Origin: Bacteroidota bacterium | GTDB lineage: Bacteria > Bacteroidota > Bacteroidia > Chitinophagales > Chitinophagaceae | Length of the DNA: 64,000 nucleotides | Reading direction: 5' to 3' | Assembly: GCA_023386045.1 (NCBI GenBank) | Contig: JAEWKK010000008.1 | Span: 34,653-98,652, forward strand | In this document: positions 57,648 to 64,000 of the stretch, piece after piece | Position numbering within the stretch: position 1 is the stretch's first letter | Layout: every line of letters begins with the position of its first letter | Notes under the pieces: generated by a model | What the model was told of the DNA's origin: nothing | What the model saw: only the letters and a program-made list of their open reading frames with translations | The model's database searches: none | Position numbers and translations under genes: made by a program

Positions 57648-59042
57648 ATGAAAGTCATTTATATTTTCTTTTTAATCGCGTTGGTGTCTGCAGGCTGTAA
57701 CAAGTTTGACAGCGATATCAACATCAATCCCAACCTGCCAACGCAGGCATCCAATACACAACTGATCGGGAATGCGGAATTGTATTTACCGGGACTGAGT
57801 TCTACACCTCAGGGTGAGTACAATGCACAATTTCTTTCCGAGACCCAGTATCCCAATCTCTCCCTGTATAACCAGGTGAGTTTTAGTTTTTATGACCTGT
57901 ACCAGGGGCCATTAATGAATCTTGAAAAAGTGATCAGGTCCAATTCATTTAATCTGTTAGAAGGACCTGCCGCCAATCAGCTGGCCGTTGCCAAAATTCT
58001 GAAAGCTTATTTCTTCTGGCATATTACCGATCGCTGGGGTGATGTTCCCTATTCGGAAGCGCTTCTGGGTTCTGTTGATTTCAGACCCAAGTACGATAAG
58101 CAGCAGGATATCTATGACAGTCTTTTCAAACTGTTGGATGAAGCCAATGCATCCATTGTTGCCGGAAACATCACCAACGATATCATGTACAACGGCGACA
58201 TGACGAAATGGAAAAAACTCGGCAACACCATTCACCTGCTCATGGCGCTTCGATTATCAAAGATCGATGCTACCAAGGGTGCTTCTGAATTCAATAAAGC
58301 ACTGAATGCGGGAATCATGACTTCCAACAACGACAATTTTGTTTTCAAACACCTGCCAGAAGCTGCCAACCAGAATTACTGGTATGGACAGATCTTTGGT
58401 TTGAATCGCCAGTGGTGGGCGCTGAGTAAAACCCTGGTTGATTATATGCTGCCTTTAAATGATCCAAGACTTCCTTTTTATGGTGAAAAAAATGCAGCAG
58501 GAAATTATGTTGGATTAACATTTGGTCAAACAACCGGTTTGAGTACCACGGCTTATTCACTCCTGGGAAAAAATATATGGAAGCAGGATGCACCTGTTTA
58601 CCTGGTTACTTACGCACAGGCACTCTTTGCCCTGGCTGAAGCTGCCAAGTTAACCTGGATTGCAGGCGGCGACGTTACAGCCAAAACCAATTATGACCTG
58701 GCTGTTACCAATTCAATTTTACAATGGACCGGTAGTACAGCAGGTGCTTCAACACTGTTGGGTACAGCAGGAGTAACCTACGATCCTGCCAATGCCCTGA
58801 AGCAAATTGCGGTGCAGCGATATGTTCACCTGTTCATGCATGGCTATGAAGCCTGGGCAGAATGGAGAAGAACCGGTTATCCTGATAACCTGGTGATGCC
58901 GGGTGGTAATGCCATTCCACGCAGGCAGGGTTATCCATCTCAGGAATATTTCAATAACACGGAAAATTATCAGGAAGCAATACAAAGACAGTTCGGAGGT
59001 CAGGATAACCTGGCTGGACGAGTGTGGTGGGATAAACCCTGA
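57648..59042 (+). CDS. SusD/RagB family nutrient-binding lipoprotein
   Basis: Lipoprotein signal LVSAGC. It lies immediately downstream of SusC and has a TPR-like helical body with RRTGYP near the C-terminus. Confidence 0.88.
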   Translation: MKVIYIFFLIALVSAGCNKFDSDININPNLPTQASNTQLIGNAELYLPGLSSTPQGEYNAQFLSETQYPNLSLYNQVSFSFYDLYQGPLMNLEKVIRSNSFNLLEGPAANQLAVAKILKAYFFWHITDRWGDVPYSEALLGSVDFRPKYDKQQDIYDSLFKLLDEANASIVAGNITNDIMYNGDMTKWKKLGNTIHLLMALRLSKIDATKGASEFNKALNAGIMTSNNDNFVFKHLPEAANQNYWYGQIFGLNRQWWALSKTLVDYMLPLNDPRLPFYGEKNAAGNYVGLTFGQTTGLSTTAYSLLGKNIWKQDAPVYLVTYAQALFALAEAAKLTWIAGGDVTAKTNYDLAVTNSILQWTGSTAGASTLLGTAGVTYDPANALKQIAVQRYVHLFMHGYEAWAEWRRTGYPDNLVMPGGNAIPRRQGYPSQEYFNNTENYQEAIQRQFGGQDNLAGRVWWDKP

Positions 59043-59060
59043 TGATCAAAATTTATTTTC

Positions 59061-59089
59061 AAAGCTGGCAATTTTTGCCAGCTTTTTTT
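59061..59089. terminator. Bidirectional intrinsic terminator
   Basis: AAAGCTGGCA-atttt-TGCCAGCTTT (10 bp) followed by TTTT. It is shared with the convergent gene ending at 59088. Confidence 0.85.
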
Positions 59090-59399
59090 ATGCCTGTTTT
59101 TTTAAGGCATGCATCTTCTTTCCTTTCATGGAAAAAACTTCAATGAGATCCCGCGTGTGCATATCATGCTTTACTGTAACAGCATACCAGCTGACAGAAC
59201 CGTCAAACCTGACTTTCTGTTCCTTGAAGTACTTCTTAATTCCTTCAACCAATTGAGTGTAGGTTAAAGGACCATCTTTTTTTAAGCTATGATAAATGGC
59301 TTTGGAAAAAAGATCATAAACATCTTTGTCAATGTTCATCCTTCGACCCGTATTGGGATTCAGGCATTCAACTTTTGATGACAGGGTTTTTGTTGTCAT
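59088..59399 (-). CDS. Hypothetical small protein (103 aa)
   Basis: A clean ORF 2 nt downstream of tadA, basic and soluble. I cannot assign a family with confidence. Confidence 0.55.
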   Translation of the reverse strand: MTTKTLSSKVECLNPNTGRRMNIDKDVYDLFSKAIYHSLKKDGPLTYTQLVEGIKKYFKEQKVRFDGSVSWYAVTVKHDMHTRDLIEVFSMKGKKMHALKKQA

Positions 59400-59401
59400 G
59401 G

Positions 59402-59839
59402 TTATCTTTTTTGTTTAAAAAAAGATTTCATGAGGGCGGCACATTCTTCATCCAGGATACCAGGTGTCAGTTCTGTTTTTGGATGAAAAGGTGATGTTTC
59501 TTTAGTGATATGAAGGTAGCCATTCTTTTCATCCGAAGCTCCATAAACAATGCGTCCGATCTTGCTCCAGTACAAGGCGCCGGCGCACATCAGGCATGGT
59601 TCCACCGTAACATATAGCGTAGCTTCGGGTAGGTATTTGCTTCCAAGAAAATTAAATGCAGAGGTTAATGCTATGATCTCTGCATGTGCTGTAGGGTCGT
59701 TTAATTTTTCAACCTGGTTATAACCCCTCGAAATGATCTTATTGTTGATCACCACCACGGCTCCAACTGGAACTTCATCTTCCTCAAATGCAATTTGTGC
59801 CTGGGCCAGTGCCTGGCGCATGAAATGTTCATCATCCAT
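59402..59839 (-). CDS. tadA: tRNA adenosine(34) deaminase
   Basis: CDA zinc motifs HAEIIAL and PCLMCAGAL. 145 aa. Confidence 0.9.
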   Translation of the reverse strand: MDDEHFMRQALAQAQIAFEEDEVPVGAVVVINNKIISRGYNQVEKLNDPTAHAEIIALTSAFNFLGSKYLPEATLYVTVEPCLMCAGALYWSKIGRIVYGASDEKNGYLHITKETSPFHPKTELTPGILDEECAALMKSFFKQKR

Positions 59840-59875
59840 GCTACGAAGTTAATTTCAATCGGGGAAGGGATACAA

Positions 59876-60295
59876 TCAAACAATACCTTCTTTTTTTCTT
59901 TGTTCCCTCAACAGAGCAGTACCAAAGCTTAGCTTTTTTGCTGCAGGTGATTTTTCACTGATCACTCTCCAGAAGGGTGTGATCTCTGATAAAGGTTTGC
60001 CTTTTTCATATTCTTCATAAGCAGCTTCCGCTGCAATGCGTACAAAAATACCGGTGGTGAGAGGACAGGTCACTTCTGCATGATACTCTGCTGCCAGATC
60101 CCTGCGCATGGTAGGTATATCAACTGTTTGACCTTTGGGTATCTGCCTGATGTAGGCATCCACCAGCCTGGGTGTGGGTATCAGCATCATTTGTCCAGCC
60201 CTGATTCCACCAAAATCCTTATCTACCTTTTCAATAACAGGTTTTCTGTCTATGTCAAGTTTCTCTTTCCAGGATTTTCTTTTGGTAGCCGCCAT
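59876..60295 (-). CDS. Hypothetical protein with an MGMT/Atl-like DNA-binding-domain signature lacking the acceptor Cys
   Basis: 139 aa. The C-terminal ...ITPFWRVIS resembles the P-C-H-R-V region of alkyltransferase folds, with Phe-Trp replacing Cys-His. This is a tentative call. Confidence 0.4.
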   Translation of the reverse strand: MAATKRKSWKEKLDIDRKPVIEKVDKDFGGIRAGQMMLIPTPRLVDAYIRQIPKGQTVDIPTMRRDLAAEYHAEVTCPLTTGIFVRIAAEAAYEEYEKGKPLSEITPFWRVISEKSPAAKKLSFGTALLREQRKKEGIV

Positions 60296-60389
60296 AAGGT
60301 TTCATTTATGATCTCAATTTACATTGATTGTATGATGGTCAAACTGATAACGATCACTTAATAAGGACAAGGGAAGTTTTAATAATCCA

Positions 60390-60929
60390 ATGCGACTTAA
60401 TAATTTTAAAGCGATGAGTCTGAATATTAGATATGCCAACCGAAATGATGCCCTGCTGATCGCCAACATCAGTCACCAGACTTTTTACGAAACTTTTGCC
60501 GACAGCAACAGGCCAGAAGACATGGATAAATTCCTTAACCAGCAATTCACAAAAGGCAAACTGATTTTGGAAGTAGGATCACCCGACAATATTTTCCTCC
60601 TGGCTTATGAAAACGAAGTGGTAGCAGGTTATGCCAAGCTTCGCGATGCAAGAGTTCCATTATCTATAGGTACAGATAATGCTCTTGAGATAGCAAGGCT
60701 TTATGCAATGAAGGAAAGGATCGGCAAAGGTGTTGGGGCAGCACTGATGCAAAAAAGTATAGAGATAGCAAGAGGGATGAAGAAGGATTACCTGTGGCTG
60801 GGAGTTTGGGAAAACAACCATAAAGCAATTGAGTTCTACAGGAAATGGGGCTTTGAAAAATTTGATGATACAGAGTTCCTGCTGGGAGATGATCTTCAAA
60901 ACGACTGGCTGATGCGATTGAAACTTTGA
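60390..60929 (+). CDS. GNAT family N-acetyltransferase
   Basis: The acetyl-CoA motif A region is RIGKGVGAALMQKSIEIA, and YRKWGFE is also present. The likely true start is ATG 60414 (MSLNIRYAN). Confidence 0.88.
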   Translation: MRLNNFKAMSLNIRYANRNDALLIANISHQTFYETFADSNRPEDMDKFLNQQFTKGKLILEVGSPDNIFLLAYENEVVAGYAKLRDARVPLSIGTDNALEIARLYAMKERIGKGVGAALMQKSIEIARGMKKDYLWLGVWENNHKAIEFYRKWGFEKFDDTEFLLGDDLQNDWLMRLKL

Positions 60930-60944
60930 TATTCTACAGGATCA

Positions 60945-62228
60945 TTAATATTCATCTTTCAGTTGCAAAATGAATTTCTCAACAGCCCTTCGAACTTCTG
61001 AAGCAGAAGCCTGGTGATTATTGACCAGCACTGAAAAGATCAGCATCCTGTTCTTTTTGGTAAATAAAAATCCACTGAGAGCAACAACACCCGACAATGT
61101 ACCTGTCTTTGCAAATATGGCTCCCTGTGCAGTTTTATAATAGTTGTTCAGAGTTCCTTCATTTCCTGTCGCAAAAATTTCCCTGATTCGGTCCATCCCA
61201 AATTCTTTTTGCATCTTATCCAGGATAGCTACCAGGTCCTGCGGTGAAAACAGGTTGTACCGGCTCAGTCCTGAACCATCTACCCATCTTGGTTTTTGAG
61301 GAAGGTCTTTGAAATCGGTTTTCAAAATCGTATCAATAATTGCCGCATCATTCATCATTCCCAGCATTTCATTACTCACCATGAGCAGGGATTGTTCTGC
61401 AAAAAAATTATCCGAGCGATGCATCATAGGTTTCAGTATGGAATCTGTTGGCTGGGAATGAATCAGATTATTGACAGAAAGTTTTTTGAAGAATGAATCA
61501 TGGGTTAAAACATTTTTATGAATGATGCTGCCCAGGCTCTGGCTTATAAAATTTGGATGGGTAACAAATGGTATTGCAGTTGGCGTAAATTTTCTTGCTG
61601 ATTCCACTGCTGTAAAGTTTCCTGCCAGGTCCCTTGTGATCCTGTAGCCCTTTGGTTCACTGGTAAATGTTGCCCTGTTGATGAAAATTTTTGGAGTGGT
61701 ATTAGCCGAATCCTTTATTGTAACGAGGTTACCATATATGGGAAATGCACTTCTTTCAGCCATATAATCCTGCATATAATCATTCCATGACCAGCCGCTG
61801 CCCAGTGCTTCATCTTTGAAATATTGATTGGTCCAGAAAATGGTATCAGCACTTTCATTTTTAAGGAAGTCAATCACCGGTTGCCTGGAAAAATCCGGGT
61901 GTAAAAAGCTGGGATCACCAGCAGGCAATACAAACAAAGAATTTCCCTGCCTGGTATACCTGAGACCAATTAAACTATCACCCAGGTACTTCATGGCTGC
62001 ATAGCAGGTAGGAATCTTGGTATTACTTGCCGGAACAAAATATTTATCCCCCTGGTAATTGTACCAGTACCTGCCTGAAGCTGGTTCAAATATGCTGATG
62101 CCCACATGAGCGGAACGGAGTGTCTTATTGTTATAGACATCTTTCCTGGCTGCTTTTCCAATTTGTTTTTGGGAGTTGCAGGAAACAAGAATCGAAATCA
62201 GTAGACCATAAAAAAATATAGAGCGCAT
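60945..62228 (-). CDS. dacB: D-alanyl-D-alanine carboxypeptidase/endopeptidase (PBP4, S13 family)
   Basis: SxxK (ASNTK), SxN (RSDN) and KTG (AKTGTL) motifs plus a signal peptide. Confidence 0.85.
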   Translation of the reverse strand: MRSIFFYGLLISILVSCNSQKQIGKAARKDVYNNKTLRSAHVGISIFEPASGRYWYNYQGDKYFVPASNTKIPTCYAAMKYLGDSLIGLRYTRQGNSLFVLPAGDPSFLHPDFSRQPVIDFLKNESADTIFWTNQYFKDEALGSGWSWNDYMQDYMAERSAFPIYGNLVTIKDSANTTPKIFINRATFTSEPKGYRITRDLAGNFTAVESARKFTPTAIPFVTHPNFISQSLGSIIHKNVLTHDSFFKKLSVNNLIHSQPTDSILKPMMHRSDNFFAEQSLLMVSNEMLGMMNDAAIIDTILKTDFKDLPQKPRWVDGSGLSRYNLFSPQDLVAILDKMQKEFGMDRIREIFATGNEGTLNNYYKTAQGAIFAKTGTLSGVVALSGFLFTKKNRMLIFSVLVNNHQASASEVRRAVEKFILQLKDEY

Positions 62229-62357
62229 AACTTAAGATGATCAATGAAAATAATGATTTCCCAAAGCTTTGCAATGAATAGATCATGCTGTCCACTTGCA
62301 GGAAAGGAACGAAACCTTTATTTTGTTGAACTTATTGAAACGAAGAAATCCGTCTAT

Positions 62358-63509
62358 ATGAAAAAACTGCTTCTTCCCGTATTACTGTGCTGCAATATTC
62401 TTCTTCATGCCCAGCAAATGAATTTCGAACAAACAAGGGCATTGATCAAAAAAACAATTGCCTGCTGCGCCATCCCTTTTTTGTCGGGAGATTCCATGAA
62501 AGTTTCCGGAATAGAAATTCAAAAGAACGGCGATGTGCAAATCTTTTATTCCAGTAAAAAAGGTCCACTTGCTTTCAACCTTTTTGATCTGTACAGCGAA
62601 GGCGGAGATGACAAGGGCATACAGACCGGTATTGGGAATTCGAGGCTTCTGTTATTTAATTTAAACCCTGAAAAAACAAGGACGATCCGTTTTGCTACAC
62701 ATGAAGATGCCAAAAAGATGGAGGCAGCCTTTACCAGGCTTCTTCAACTTTGTTCCAGAAGGTCGCACGATTCTTCAGTAACTGATTTTCCATCCCCTGA
62801 TCTGCAGTCGGCAAAACCTGAAGGAGCTTTATATTTTATAAATCGCAGGGCCATCGTGCATACATCCAATAATATGCTATTAAACAGCATTCGTTCTGCA
62901 GATAAAAAAGATGTGGGTGATACAACATTGTTGGTAATGAGTTCTGGTGAAGGCTGGCTGGATAAGGATTCATTACCCATTGGTGACTGGCAGTTTTTTA
63001 CTACTGATGCCAGTGGCCGTGAATATGTTTTTAAAAAAGGAAGTTATAGTCGTACCAGGGCGGATATGTTCGAGGTTTTGAATTCAGACAGCAACTGGTT
63101 GATGAAGAATCACCAGGTTTCCTTTGCTTCTCTTAAAGAAAATCATTCTGTGCTGGTTCCATTTATTAAATCAGATAACTGGGAGTATTATCATCCCAAT
63201 GGAAGGATATGGAAAACCGTCGGTTATCAATCAAGGCAGGTACCGGTCTACCTGGATATTATGATCAGTACAGATCCTCTCGGAAACGAAACTGGTTCAA
63301 CCATTATAACCCGTAGCAAGGAAGATGCTGATGAATGGATTGCCAGGGATGTAAAGGAATATGATCAAAACGGCATCCTCTTTAAAAAGCTGGAATACTA
63401 TTCATTCAGTGAGGTATTCAAAAAAACAATTTATGGTCCCAAAGGTGAGATCATTAAAGAAGAAAAAGCAAAGCCTTATGAAAGCATCGTGGATCCCAAT
63501 AATTTCTGA
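62358..63509 (+). CDS. Hypothetical secreted protein with MORN/YwqK-like repeats near the C-terminus
   Basis: Signal peptide MKKLLLPVLLCCNILLHAQ. DWQFFTTDASGREYVFKKGSY and NWEYYHPNGRIWKTVGYQ resemble MORN-variant repeats. The start was moved to 62358. Confidence 0.5.
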   Translation: MKKLLLPVLLCCNILLHAQQMNFEQTRALIKKTIACCAIPFLSGDSMKVSGIEIQKNGDVQIFYSSKKGPLAFNLFDLYSEGGDDKGIQTGIGNSRLLLFNLNPEKTRTIRFATHEDAKKMEAAFTRLLQLCSRRSHDSSVTDFPSPDLQSAKPEGALYFINRRAIVHTSNNMLLNSIRSADKKDVGDTTLLVMSSGEGWLDKDSLPIGDWQFFTTDASGREYVFKKGSYSRTRADMFEVLNSDSNWLMKNHQVSFASLKENHSVLVPFIKSDNWEYYHPNGRIWKTVGYQSRQVPVYLDIMISTDPLGNETGSTIITRSKEDADEWIARDVKEYDQNGILFKKLEYYSFSEVFKKTIYGPKGEIIKEEKAKPYESIVDPNNF

Positions 63510-63521
63510 TCGGCAGATGAA

Positions 63522-64000
63522 TTATATTCTTTCCTGCGCCCTGAGCCAGCGTTCGGGGATTTCATTGCTGCTTGCCAGTAAATAATCTTTATACGAGCAG
63601 GCAATGAACTGCTTATCCGGCAGCTGCATCCACCATCTCCCTGTTTTTTTGCTTTGAAGAAAAACAGTTTCTACTTCTGCAAAAGCCGTATGGTATTCAT
63701 TGAAAGATTCTCTTTCATCAATCAAAGCTTCTTTACTTCCCCTGCTTCTTCCATCCATCAGGTACCAAAGCATGTGGCTGATCTGTTTGGCAGTAAGATT
63801 TTCCACGTCTTTTTCGGGCCTGTAACCAAAAATTCCAATAGTTCGCATGTTGGGACTCATACCGGCATATTGCATCATGGTGCAAACTTCTTCACCGTTA
63901 AAACCGTTTGGTGTGAGATTGTTGGCAGGAGCAAAGGCATGTGCCATGCAGGAGATGTCGAATGAAAGAATGTGACAGTTCCTGATCACGGGCTCCATTT
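63522..64000 (-). CDS. Arginase/formiminoglutamase family protein, C-terminal part (gene continues beyond the window end)
   Basis: SFDISCMAHAFAPANNLTPNGF resembles the D-x-D...AP-G metal-site region of the ureohydrolase fold. The ORF is open at the window edge. Confidence 0.5.
   Translation of the reverse strand, partial: MEPVIRNCHILSFDISCMAHAFAPANNLTPNGFNGEEVCTMMQYAGMSPNMRTIGIFGYRPEKDVENLTAKQISHMLWYLMDGRSRGSKEALIDERESFNEYHTAFAEVETVFLQSKKTGRWWMQLPDKQFIACSYKDYLLASSNEIPERWLRAQERI

Noticed and set aside
1-64000. Mobile element, prophage, defence island or toxin-antitoxin system
   Set aside because: I recognised no integrase, transposase, recombinase, phage structural, restriction-modification, Cas or TA-like protein in any frame. 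The gene content is core metabolism and envelope biogenesis with conserved Bacteroidota synteny.

Overview
This window looks like a chromosomal, mostly housekeeping segment of a Bacteroidota genome, probably Chitinophagaceae/Sphingobacteriia-like. Markers read from the translations are gldC, a T9SS C-terminal-domain protein, a SusC/SusD pair, DUF4290-murA, the nadK...uppS-bamA-skp-skp-murI block, rpmH-rnpA-yidD, and TAnnTTTG -7 boxes close to start codons. I support about 63 protein genes, including rpmH, which is below the ORF-track cutoff. I also support about 14 intrinsic terminators, one structured RNA gene, and several short-period repeat arrays. I saw no rRNA, canonical tRNA, CRISPR array, transposase, integrase, phage genes or recognisable defence genes. 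Six things are not explained by ordinary annotation. (1) A 180-nt RNA gene at 168-347 (minus strand) has a textbook T-arm, an acceptor-like closing helix and tmRNA-TLD-like topology, but is too short and has no tag ORF. (2) Two families of heptanucleotide tandem arrays sit directly 3' of five genes, always in the same polarity relative to the upstream gene, and each places a stop triplet every 7 nt. (3) A 290-bp mosaic of short tandem repeats and mutually exclusive hairpins lies upstream of a processive GT2 gene. (4) An AsnC regulator is translationally coupled to wzx-wzz-wzy, and this operon converges on a GT2 plus orphan OppC-like permease pair. (5) An orphan strong terminator in a 510-bp gap suggests a small RNA. 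(6) A 590-bp gap holds a 45-aa ORF with its own terminator. All product calls come from reading motifs by eye. No database search was run.
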